Under the pieces are notes generated by a model, which was not told the origin of the DNA, did not search any database, and saw only the letters and a program-made list of their open reading frames with translations. From Blastocystis sp. Blastoise (taxonomy: Eukaryota > Protista > Bigyra: Opalinata), in contig JBBPEB010000018.1 in the NCBI GenBank assembly GCA_039096225.1, positions 186,001 through 250,000 of the forward strand: a stretch of 64,000 nt of DNA. Direction: 5' to 3'. Below are positions 15,868 to 35,175 of the stretch, piece after piece. Both the position numbers and the translations under genes were made by a program. Numbering within the stretch: the first letter of the stretch is position 1; each line of letters starts with the position of its first letter.

Positions 15868-16746
15868 TTAATAATATGTTTGATAAATATAATTAGTTTG
15901 TTTCATAGGTTGTTTATTAGGATAGAAATAAGGAGTATAATAAGGAGTTTCAGAATACTGAGGAATCACATTAAAAGGTAATTGTTGAGTTGCCATCGGC
16001 ATAGATGTATACGGTACAGAATCAGTTGTTTTCATGGAGGCCATGGGTCTGGAATACGTAGCAGGATAATATACGCTAGTGGGAGGCGTCATAACATACA
16101 TAGGTTCATATCTAACAGGATATTGTGTATAAGGAGCATAAGTTTCTGGATGATTTGCAAATTGAGGTATCGAATAACGTCTTTCAGCACCATAAGGTGT
16201 ATTAGGATTCTTTGTTGTAAATGTATCGGTAGGAATATGATCATATATTTCGGGTTTTTCAGAAGAAGCAGCGACGGAATCAAAAGAATGGCTTTTTGTT
16301 GTGTTATCCGAATTAATATCCTTGCCATAATCATTTTGTTGTCCTAAAACTTTTTTCTTTTGACTATAGATTTGTTGTTTTCGTTTCAAACAAGCTTGAC
16401 AAGTCTTCTTTATTTTACATTTTTCATCTCCTTTAATGCAACGCTTAACTCCATAAGCACTTAATGGAAGAGAAAATTTACATGTAGAACACTTTTGAAG
16501 TATTTCACCATGAGAATGTGTGAGATCTCCATTTTCAGTAGTTGAGCTGACTTCACTTTTATTCAGATCATTCAATTTTCGTTTAGATTGAACGTCTTCA
16601 TTTAAAAAGAATCGTTTTCTATCATTTATAGGGCTAGAAGCAGGAGATATTCCATTCTCAGTAAGTTCACTTGTTTCGGTATCGACAAGTGAAGCCGTTT
16701 CATCTTTTGGTAATTGATTCAACACAACTTGTTTTGTTTCAGGCAT
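15868..16746 (-). CDS. Intronless protein with Cys4 zinc-ribbon (CSTC...KTCQAC) followed by a basic helix and a Pro/Tyr-rich tail; possible transcription regulator
   Basis: 292-aa open frame from ATG 16746 with coding-like composition; CxxC-x24-CxxC followed by LKRKQQIYSQKKK. Function is inferred. Confidence 0.7.
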   Translation of the reverse strand: MPETKQVVLNQLPKDETASLVDTETSELTENGISPASSPINDRKRFFLNEDVQSKRKLNDLNKSEVSSTTENGDLTHSHGEILQKCSTCKFSLPLSAYGVKRCIKGDEKCKIKKTCQACLKRKQQIYSQKKKVLGQQNDYGKDINSDNTTKSHSFDSVAASSEKPEIYDHIPTDTFTTKNPNTPYGAERRYSIPQFANHPETYAPYTQYPVRYEPMYVMTPPTSVYYPATYSRPMASMKTTDSVPYTSMPMATQQLPFNVIPQYSETPYYTPYFYPNKQPMKQTNYIYQTYY

Positions 16747-17216
16747 GATGAGGATAGTCAAATAGAGTATTCAAAACTGCAGATTAGAAAGAAATAAGAA
16801 GCAATTTAGCTTATATGCTAATAATTGTTAAACAACTAAAAATTGCAAATATGTTCCTTATAGAGTTGTTACTACTCTGAAAAATAAAAGAAACGCTCAA
16901 GGAGGAGTGTTTTCTCTATAGTCTTTTCTCCTCTCGAAAATAATTGATTTTCGATAATAGATCTCTATAATGAGATTCTGAAGTGAGAAGTGTCATAGGA
17001 ATCGTCCTTCCGAATTGGCATCTCTCAGATTTAAAAAAGAGGAAAACACCAACCGTTTCAAGACAAATGAAAAGAAATCTCATTTCTATAAAGAAAAGGT
17101 ATAGTAATCAACGAATGAGATGTATAGTGATAACCATTATATTCTATCGAATTTTTAAAAATTAAAATCTAGATTATTCAGCCAATCAAATTATGAGTTT
17201 TGGGCCCTATTCTTAT

Positions 17217-17696
17217 TTAAAAAACGAGACATAAATAATTATTATTGGCTAGAAATTTGGTTTTTTCAGATTTTATTGGATCAGAGACTCTGTCTCAATG
17301 ACAATGATGCGTCTTCAGAAATGAACGAATCATACATATCCTCATTTGGATAATAAAGGGTCATCCTCAAATGTATGGATAGGGCCAACCAAAAATGGAT
17401 ACAGCAACCATTCATTTTGAAAACAAGGATCTCCATTTCATATCTTGTTGTGATGTTTCTCCTTTGAGATATGTAATTATTACCACATATTCTTCTTCAA
17501 TATAAGATGACATCGTCTTCGTCATTCTGTCAATCCTTCTTTTTTGCTTCTTTTTTTTCTTGTTTTTTACCTTTTTTTCTGCTGAATAATCTTCATCTTC
17601 GTGAATATTCTGTTTTACGGACATCTCCTGCTGTGTTTTACATCTGGATAAATGAGCCGATACTTTTCTTCTGTATTTCGAATCAAGAGGAAACAA
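17217..17696 (-). pseudogene. Possible degenerate integrase/transposase-like fragment
   Basis: 94-aa ORF whose frame continues through four TGA codons to THHCH*DR. Weak resemblance to integrase zinc-binding N-terminal regions. Confidence 0.25.
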
Positions 17697-20136
17697 TCAG
17701 ACATCTTTTTTCTAAAACTATTTTATTTTCTTTTTGAAACGTTATTTTTTTCAGAAAATGATATATTTTAATATTATTTCTTTGATTTATCAGAGAGATG
17801 CTATGGATATTTTGTCTTTATTCAAATGACATCTTACAGACATTTCAATTCAATTTATTACGCATTCTTTTTTTTAGGAGACGTTAAAGTCAAGCTTCTT
17901 TCATACGTATTGTTTTCGATAGAGGACACATAGTTAACAATAAGAATACAAAAGAGTTGAAAAACTTTTGATATTGGTTTTGTCAGGTATGATATTAATG
18001 CTTTTAAGGATTCATAGGATATACAGTAAATGTGTTGGTTCTTTTAATAAATGTTATTCGAAAAATCTTAGATATAAATTGTTCTATCATCTAAAAAAAA
18101 CTGAAATAAGTGTTCATTTGTAGCTGCAATATGCTCCTCATTATCTTACACATCTCATTATATCATATCATAGAATTTTGTTGTATATGAATAAACTGTA
18201 ATTTTGTCTGTTTGTCATGTTAGAAAAATAGTGTACTGATTCTAAGTATCTAAATAGAGTTTTTAAGCGAGTACATGCGTTAATATGTACATATTTAACA
18301 TAATTGAAATACTAAAAAACAATGGTCACTTATTATATTCTTATAATAGTCATATTCGTACAAGACATCATGGGAAAATATTAGGAAAAATAAGACTAGC
18401 CGAAAATCTATACTAAGATGACAATGGATCAAGAAGACATAATTTATTAGTGGCAATTTCTGTTGAAAAAATGTCTCATCAATGTGAACTATAGACCGTC
18501 ATTCAGATCACGTGAATAAAAACATAGATTTATAAATGGAACATAATTGATCACAATAAAATAATAGATAAACTATCTATAAACGAAGAACTTCATATAC
18601 AGCCTATAAAAATAGATTATTTAGAATTTTATTAGTTAAAACAGGACTCCTCTTGAAAAAATAAAGATATAATATACAAAATTGTCAAATTTCAGAAAAA
18701 CTATTCAAATAGTATTAAACCATTTTTTAAATATTATTCATAAAGAATATTTGTTGCTTAGATAAAATACATACTCTGTTCATTATTGACATCATTTTTA
18801 TTCTTGTTTCACGTATGTTTTATTTTTGGAAAACGAAAAGGTGATAATGAGAACGAAATAAACTTATTCCTCTAATAACAAGATTGCTATATAATTTTTT
18901 TTTACTATTTTTAAAAAAATATATAGTCGTTACACAATTGAAAAAACTTTAAGAATAAGTTTGACTATAATAGAATGACACTTTTACTTTCAACACAGAG
19001 TATAAATAACTATAATAAACTTTTTCTTTTAAAACTCCTCTTGTTTCTTTTCATTACTTTTAAATCACATATAGACTTTATTCATAAAAAAATATTTGAC
19101 AGCTCATTATAACAAAACCTACGAAGACTATACATTAAAATACTCACTCACTAACAATAGTGGAAATGGCGTGGACTTTTTATTTATGATTTATGCTGAC
19201 CCATTAAAATATCAGTACAACGTTTCCTGATGAATTCTCATTTTTTATTTTATTTGGTAAATTGAAATAGTATTTTGTTGTTCTAAAGAAGTCTCTATCC
19301 TCATTCACTATTGCTTTGTTTTGAATTTTAAAGAATTATTATTGGTTCATATAAACGTAACATCCAATGGATTGCGATTAATTGCAAACCAATCATTTTC
19401 CGTATTTGGCATTACACCTATCAAGAAATTATTAGAGGTAGGAACACTTCTATCTTCGTTATATTTATATAAATTATTGAATAAAAGTTCTCCGTCTTCT
19501 TCTTATTTCAATTTTGTTTTTTTTAGTATTTTTCATGAAGAGAGGACAAATCTACATTAATGTAATGTATATGTATTATATCTATATAGATCAATTTGTA
19601 TGTTTAAACATCATTTTTAATTTTTAGTATTACAAAAATAAACATACCATTTACGCAGAATGAAAAACTATATAAGACATATAAATACTATTTGTATCTA
19701 TCATAAAATATATTTTGATTTGTTTTTTGTGATCTGAAAAACATTTAGAGCACATCTAAGGATATTGAAATTCTCTTTGTATATACATTTTTCTAATACA
19801 TCGTTAACCTTTCTATTTAAAAAACTCTTGTCTGAAAGCTATATATCTATTGATTCGTCTCAATAGAAATGATTGGTTCACATTGTTTTTCTTCATAGTA
19901 AATGAGTTTCCTGTGTCCCCAGTGATGAGTGGTCATTCAAATTTCTTAAAAAAAATTCGTGATTAAAAAAGAGAAAGTCGGAAGATAACGACAATTTTCA
20001 AGATTCTTTTGATTTATATAGAAAAAACTAACAAATACATATTGTGGCATTATGCATAAAAATATGAATGGGTTTTCTAGTTGCACATTATTTTTATTTT
20101 TTCTAAATATAAAATAATAATTGATTTAAAAGAAAA

Positions 20137-22885
20137 ATGGACGTACAGTCTAACAGAGCTCAGCGTCAGGTATGAACTACATAAATATTTTAGTTATTGG
20201 TATAGTTGAGGAATAATTTGAATTCTCCATCTACTGTCATTTATCCTGAGGGAATGTCTCCTAAACAACTGAGAGTTGTATCTCCAGTTATAGAACAGGT
20301 ACGTCTATTTATTAAGGTAGTCGTTTACTATTCTTTTTTTTCTATAGAAAGGCTATTATATACCTACAAACCAGCAGTTTGATAATCAGAGGGCTCGATC
20401 ACACTCCGATTACGATAATGTTGCTCCTCTTAATTATTCAAATCCATATAATGCTAGTAATCGCTTATACTATGAAGAACAGAATGATTATATACCGAGA
20501 TATGACAGAAACGCGGGCTATCCACCTAAGTATGAGAATCCTTCTATGATTCCTCGATATAGAAACAATTCTTATAATTGTGACGTTGATTTCTCTTCAG
20601 AGCAATATTATATTTCTTCTGAGGATGGACGATACTATGGGAATTATCGATATGGTATGAATTCTTCAAATGATATATCTTTTCAAAACGATGATAGTAT
20701 ATTTTTATAATTTGAATAAATATATTATTCTTTATTTCCTAAGATATTCTTTATTAATAAATACCATTTATAATATATATCTTTTAAATAGATATAAAAG
20801 TGGAAATAACTGAACGAAAGAATGATGAGTTTTTGAATTTAAATAAATTAAAACATGGAATTGAGACTCGAACTGCTGTGATGTTACGTAATATCCCAAA
20901 TCGATATTCAGAATGTGATTTATCTTCTGTTTTAGATTCTATTTGTCAAGGTATATATATACTTTCTTAGTAAAATTATAATTATAATATTTTAGCAATA
21001 TGATATTATTATTATTGTTGTTTTTTAAAATAATGATTATTATTATAAAATATATATAATTATTATTTAATAAAAAAAAAATAATAAAAATAAAAAATAA
21101 TAATAATAATAATAATAATAATCCTTATATATAGGAAAGTATACTATTACCCATATGCCTCATGATGTGAAGAGTAAACGTAATTTAGGATATGCATTTA
21201 TAAAATTTAATACTATTGATGATCTTATCAATGCTTATACATGTGTATATATATAATGTATTATATATAATATGTAGAAGAATATACTATAAATATTTAT
21301 TCTTATTTTCCTTATATATATAGCTTGAAGGATGTTATTGGCCAAATTCTGAAAGTAAAAAAGTCTGTCGTTTCAGTTATGCACATGTTCAAGTATATTT
21401 ACATTACTCTTCTTTGCATTCTCTTTATATATTGATCTATATCTATCGATTCTGTTTAGTCTTTTTCCATTCTATATAAATATCTCAATTTCTTTATTAT
21501 CTCCTCTATTCTTTTATATATTTACTTATACATTTCTTTAGGCTTCTACTGAAGAGAATTTTAAGAAATCTCCTACTCTTTCTAAATCTTCTCCTCATTC
21601 CTCTACAGGTCCTGTCCCTCGCACTATGTCTCCTCTCGGTCTTTCCCGTGTTTCTCCTTCTCTTTCTACTTCTCTCTCCGCTTCTAATGGATCGACTTCA
21701 GCACCTGCTAGTTCAGCAACTACTCCTACGAATAGTCCTCATCATCTTAATGTTAATATTAATACAGTTGTTCTTTCTCCTCCACGAGGTATACAGTTAT
21801 CCGATACTTCATCTACGAATCATAATCCTATTCCTAATTCTTATTCTTTCTCTCAAACACCTTTATATACGAAAACTAAAAGTACATCTCCTCCTTCATC
21901 CTTATCAAAACGTAATTATTTCCCTGTTTCTTCTTCTACTACACAGTATATAAACCCATCTCCTTCATTCTCTATTGATAATGGTGATTCTCCTGCTTCC
22001 TTACCTCCTGTTACTCGTATACCTCTATCTCCTCCTTCTTCTGCTTCTCCTCCACCGGATACCACAGGAGCATTCACAGAGAGTCCTCTTATTCATCCTC
22101 TTTCTTCGAATTATGCTTTACCTTCTTATTATACTAAAGATACTTCTCTTTATGATCCTTATTTCTTACCTCCTGCATCTCGTCCACTTGAATCTAATTA
22201 TCTATCTCCTCCTTCTCCTACCGATCCTGAAGATACTTTTGACTATTATTCAGAATCACAAACAAAAGAAATCACGGATTCTACTCGAAATCAAGTACAA
22301 ACTTCTTTAAAAGATCCTATCGATACTTCAATCTCTAATACTTCTCGTCATTGTTCACTCTCTCCTTCTGTTTCTATTCCTATATCCGAATCGAATAATC
22401 CATTATATCCGAATTCGAATACTTATGAAGATCCTTATCCTAGAGAATCCTCTACTAACGATTGTACATCTCTCCCTCTTTCTAGAACACCTCATACGAT
22501 TACTCGAACACCTATGAATCCACCAGTGTCACGTGATCAGAGAGACTATTTTTATAATCGTCGTTCTTTTGATCAGAATCTCAGTTATGATACTAATTCT
22601 CGTTTTGATTCTTTCAATGGTCCTTCTATCTCTGTTGAACCACCTTCAGGACGTTATGGATATCGTACTGACGCATCCCCCTCATTATTCACAAATGATT
22701 ATTATCCTGTAGACCGTAATCAAGAAGGTTCATTCGACTCTTATTTATATCCTTCTTCTCCTTCTCTAGATAGACGTATTCCTATCCCTACTTATACATC
22801 CTCTTATTACTCTAATAACTCTAGTAGACAAGCAACACCTGTACAATCAAGTGCATTCAACTATGATACCAATTATATAGAATAA
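20137..22885 (+). CDS. Mei2-like RRM (RRM3/RRM_2) RNA-binding protein with long Ser/Pro-rich C-terminus, 7 exons
   Basis: ETRTAVMLRNIPNRYS..; HMPHDVKSKRNLGYAFIKF; GCYWPNSESKKVCRFSYAHVQ match the Mei2 C-terminal RRM signature. Confidence 0.88.
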
Positions 22886-25800
22886 ATAATAATATAACAT
22901 TACCATAGAAATAAAGAACTCTCTATATACTTATTCCATATCTATATCTCAAATATAGATTATATTTATCATATACTATGTATATATAGTCTATTATTAT
23001 GTATATTTAATATATACTACATATTATCTTTATTGACTATATATATATATATTTATTTTCTATTCATTTATATATTATTATTTTTTATTTTTCTTTTTCA
23101 CTGATTGTTTTATTGCTTTGTATTGTTTGTTTTTTTTTATAGTAATTTGTGAATATTTTGGTATGATTTTCACTATTTCATTCATCTTTTTTTTTTTGTA
23201 TATTGTAGATATTGTATATATATATATTTACTAAAATATCATTTCTTGTATTTGTATTTGTTTTTGTGATTATCATTTAATAGATTTATATATATAAAGA
23301 TAAACTCATATTCTATGTCTGTTTAATATATATTTTTTCATATATGTATATATACTTTTTATTTAATAGAATATGTGTATTTATTAAATACTCACAGATC
23401 ATGTGGATTTTATTTTTTTCTGGCTTTTTAAAGTATCTCCTATTTTATTTTATTTTATTTTATTTTATTATATTATATTATATTTTGTTTTATTCTTTAT
23501 ATTTATTCTTTTCATTGCCTTCTATACGTCAAAGGCGTCTATTTATTATTTATTATATCCACATGCAAAAGAAAAATACGAAATAAAATAATATTATATT
23601 ATATATATATAATATTTATACTTATACACTTATTATTAATTATTCTATTTTGTTAATTTTTTTTTTCACAATTTTCACTTTGTTCTATATATATATCTAT
23701 ATATATATATTGATCGTTTTTATTACATTTAAAATAAAAAAAAGTTTATAATTTTTCTTTATTTCATTTATTTTAATACACATATTTTCTTTTTTTCTTT
23801 TTTTTTATTCTTAGGATTTCGCCTTTTTTTTTATTGTATGTATTTTATTATTTTCATATTCTCCTTTTATGGAACGTTTTGCATATTCTTTTATTTTATT
23901 TATTTATTCATGTATATATTTATTTATTTTATTTCATTTTATTTTAAAGGATTTTTCCAATTACATTATTTGATAACTCATTCTATTTTGATGCTCCGTA
24001 CCTCTATTTCTTTTATTTTTATTAATTTTTGTGTTTTATATATATATATATATATTATTTATATATTCATTCGCTTTTCATTTTTTTCGTTTCCTCAAAT
24101 CTTTATGGTATTATAATATTCTAATTCTTTTCCTTTATGATCCTGTGTCTATTTATTATTCAGTTATTCTTTGACATTTATGGAGTTCCTCACATTTGTC
24201 CTTTTCTATCTCTTTCTCTTCTTCTTCTCTTTATTCAAGAATCGATAGTAACTAGAATGAGAAAAATATTTCAGGAATTTTATTAGGATAAATTTTATTT
24301 ATTTATAAGAGTATTCTATATACTACTTTAGAATACTTTACTTTTTCTATATTTATTGATATAGAAATACTTATATTATTATATATATATAACTCTATAT
24401 TTATTATTTTGCAATAACTTTTTTTTCTATATATAAATATATAGATATGCTTATTTTTATATTCTTTTATGTATATAGTTCTAAAACTAAATAACTGCTT
24501 ATTTTTTGTTATTCCTATGTTATACCTTTTTATATATGTTTTTTTATATATATATATATCTATTCACTAGTTATCATTATTAATATTATGTATATATATA
24601 ATTCCTTTATTGAATGCTTGATATAGTAAATACATCTATATATATATATGTATATATATATATTCACTACTCTCTCTATTGCTTATTATTTATATAAGGT
24701 CTATTTTATCAAGGTATTATTCTATCTAGATTCATAGAGTTACCTATAAAATCATTTTTATTCTGTATATTCATTTTTTTAAATCATTATTTTCATTTAT
24801 TTTTTTCATATCTAAAATTATATGTTATGAATTTATTTTATTCGTTTTACTTATTTAAACTCCTATAAAGATATTTTCTTTTTGTTATTATTGTTTATTA
24901 CAATATATATATATGTATTTCATTCGTTTTGTTATAGTATATATGTAAAAGATATTTTGAGTATACCCTTATTTTTTTATAAAGTCTCTTGCTTATATTT
25001 TTATATTGTTCTTATATATTTTTTGATAGATCTATCTATCTATTTTATCTTTTATATATTATTATTTCAGTTGATATATACTTTGGTTGTTCTCTATATT
25101 TTTATATTTCTTTATATGCATATAAATATCTTCTTATTCTATTTTGTCTTTTGGAATTATATTCTTCTCTATCCTTTATAATTCTATTCTTGCTATTATG
25201 TATATATTCTGCCATTTTAAATAGATTATTATTATGCATATAAATCATATATTATGTACTTTCTTTGTTATTTTTTTTTGATGATTATTATTTATATATA
25301 CATGGAAAACTATGTATGTATTAATCATATAAGAATTATAAACAAAACTCTTGTTCATTATCAACAATTCTAAAACTTTTTTTTACTTATATTGTTTTAC
25401 AAGATATTCAACCATAATTCTCACTATTCATCACATCAAATCTATCATTACTGAACCATTGTTAATATATATATATAAATAATATTAAGTAGACCTATTT
25501 TCATTTTCCATATTTATTTTTGATTACTTTTAATAATTTATTATTATTGTTTTTTTGTTTCATTTACTTGTGTATATGTGACACATTTACTATTTATATA
25601 AGCATCCATATTTCATGTTTTTCTTCTTTCAATTCTTTCTTCTCCTATCAGGTACACACAACTATTTTCTACTATTCATGTCTATTCCTATATAGTACTA
25701 TTAAGAGAATATTTATTCATATTTTGCTTTTTAATTTAATAACTTTATTAATATCATTAGTATATTATATAATTATTCTTAACTAACTTTTTTTAAAGCA

Positions 25801-26413
25801 TTATATTATTATTATTATTTAAGCCTCTTACATACACGTAATACTATTTCTTCAAGAGTTATTTACTGGTTTATTACCAAGACTTTAGATATCTACATTT
25901 TTTATATTTATATATTTTAAAACTCGATTTAACTTTGTTCTTTATATAATGAGTACAAAATAATCCATATTATTATTTTTTTCATTTATTGAGCCTATCA
26001 AAATTTATATTTGATCTAATTGACTCATTTTCTACTTATATATTGATATTTTTAAGAATTTACCATCTTTATTTACTGAGAGAATATGCTAACACATAGA
26101 TTTCCATTTCTACTGTTTTTTTATTGTTTAGATTTCTATGATTATTATGCAGACTGTTTTTGTTTCATAATTTGTTTTGGTTTCATCTTTAAATGCACTG
26201 AAAACAACTATAAAATGATTTTTTTTGACATTCATTATAATACTAATAGTTTTGAATATTCAATTATCGAGACTTACAGATTAGTTTTATTCAATCTAAT
26301 AGCAATACCATGGAGGCCCTGTATTGCTATTTGTATTGACTCTTCAATATCCAGATGAATATTAATTCAAAGAACAAAAATTAAGAAAAACATTCTTTTT
26401 TGTTTTCTAAAAA

Positions 26414-27068
26414 ATGTCAAATTGTATTCGTGTCATCAATGATTGCATAGTGAAATCATCAAAGTTCTTTATCACTCATCAGATGACATTTGAACAACGG
26501 GGTCTTGTGAAAAAATGGGATTATCTAAAAGTATATTGTTTTTATTCTTCGATTGTAATAATTAAATCTTTATATATATAGGTTGCTGATGCTGTCTCGA
26601 TTATGATATATCACAAGTAGCATTTTATTTTAACAATAATCATATACTTTTAGGACAGACAGGAATTTTGTATTGATAAAGCAATTCAGACCTCCAATTT
26701 ATGCAAATGCAACTAATACAGAAAGAAATGAAAATAAAGAATGTGGTGTATGCTATGAGATGTGTGCTGGCCTTCTTGATAAAAAAGGATTGACTGCTAA
26801 GGAAACAGCTTGTATCGAAATATTTGAAGAATGTGGATATAAAGTAACACCAGAACGATTACGCGATATTTGTATTTGTATATTTTTATGTTATTTTATT
26901 GATTTTACTTTAATCTATACTATCATATTATATATATATATATATATTGTATTATTTTTAATACTTATTATTAGCTTATGGATCGGTTGGTATAAGTGGA
27001 CGAAAAATGTATTCATATTATGTCGAAGTAGATGAAAGTGATAAAGTATATATATATATATATATTCT

Positions 27069-27117
<49 letters not shown>

Positions 27118-27425
27118 CTTAATTGGAATTTATAAATATATATATATAATGTCTAATAATATATTTTTTTATGTAATATATAATATATATATATACTATT
27201 AAATATTTTTGTTTTTATATTAGAAATAATATTAATATATAATATATTGTATAGAAAGGTTCTGGTGGTGGAAATAAATCTGAAGGAGAAATGATTGATC
27301 AATTCTTATTACCTGAAACACAAGTTGATTCATTCTTGTTTGATGATACAAAACCAAAAACACCACTCATGTTCCAAGCGTTCTATTGGTGGAAATATAT
27401 GATGAATACTAAATCTAAACAGTAG
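26414..27425 (+). CDS. NUDT14: NUDT14-like Nudix hydrolase (UDP-glucose/ADP-ribose pyrophosphatase), 5 exons
   Basis: KKWDYLK|VADAVSIMI, LIKQFRPPIY, EMCAGLLDKKGL..KETACIEIFEECGY (Nudix box), GSVGISG, GGGNKSEGEMI. Confidence 0.88.
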
Positions 27426-27825
27426 ATTTAATAGAAATTATTTATGAATACTATTTATTTCGATTAAAATATTGTTTTATTCTTCATGACATATGAGTGA
27501 TGAGTCTCTTTTAATCAAAGAGAAGAGCCTAAGAGAACACAGTGACTAGGGAAAAACAGATGAAAGCTTTTAAGTTAGTCAATTTTTATATAATTTATAG
27601 AAAATGAGTTTGTTCCATGCTATACTCGTTAAAAAAGAATGAATCTTGTTGATAGTTTATTTATTTAAAAAAATACAATTTCAATTTTCTTTTAAAATAG
27701 GATACATCAACAATACATATCTCAAATAATGATTCGTCATATTATTCTATTGATTCACATTTAAATAATAGATTAATTTTTATGTTTATTAAAGTAACTG
27801 ATACTCACTGTTTTCATCTGAAATT

Positions 27826-27834
27826 TTTGGCGGG
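27826..27834 (+). promoter_or_regulatory. E2F-like element TTTGGCGGG ~70 bp upstream of FANCI
   Basis: Matches the TTTSSCGS consensus; rare GC word in an AT-rich promoter. Confidence 0.4.
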
Positions 27835-27898
27835 TATTCTTTTATATTTCATTTTTTCATTCGTGTTTCTACTTACTATTATTGATTACTTATCGAAA

Positions 27899-34439
<6,541 letters not shown>

Positions 34440-35175
34440 AATATCACAATGACAAACTAAAAGTATAGGTTTCACTAAAATAAACTAGAAAAAAATGCAT
34501 TTCATATGTTTATATTGAGTTTATTTGTTTTTATTTGTTTTTTTTAATTCATTCACAAGCGTTTCTTATCCTTATGCATCACAACTAATTAAAAAAAAAA
34601 TGGTGATGGTGAAAACTACATTATTTTTGATGATATATAGTACACTATTTATTACGTGGTTATATCTACAGTAATATGTAAGGCGATAATATATGTTTAC
34701 TTTTAGATGAAAAAGGTCAACACAACACTGCTTTTCTTTACCACACATTTTAGGTTCTCTTTTTTGGATGAATTTATCTGAATAAAAATCGATGACGCTC
34801 ATCTCTTCATGAATTATTCAATTAATAGGAGGATATTATTTATTTTAATCGATTTGGACCGTGGGAATTTGGTAGTTTTGGCAATCATTAAAAGTTCTCG
34901 AAGCATCATTAAATATCAGGAATTTGATTCGTTAATTAGTGATTATTACGATATAGAATCTTGAGATTCTATAGAGTGCGTCATAAAGACAAGGAATAAC
35001 TGTACAGTTCTGTTTGTTTTTTTTCACCTCTCTTTTTTTTTGTGAGAAACACACATAGTTTACGATACTTTTATTCAATAAAGAAGAATACATTATACTT
35101 CTGCATTTATATTTGTAGATTTAGATTAAGTTAATTCTATATATTTATCGTTATTTGTCTTAAGTATAAGTATAC

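Noticed and set aside
15982-16347. Antisense or alternate-frame ORFs overlapping real genes (also 21648, 21975, 43869, 62711)
   Set aside because: Shadows of genuine coding exons.
17750-20100. Hidden gene in the long divergent intergenic region
   Set aside because: No consistent exon chain or recognisable motif found by eye; cannot be excluded without RNA data.
23344-26358. Many hydrophobic F/I/L/Y-rich ORFs resembling membrane proteins
   Set aside because: Expected from T-rich non-coding DNA; no exon-like composition or motifs.
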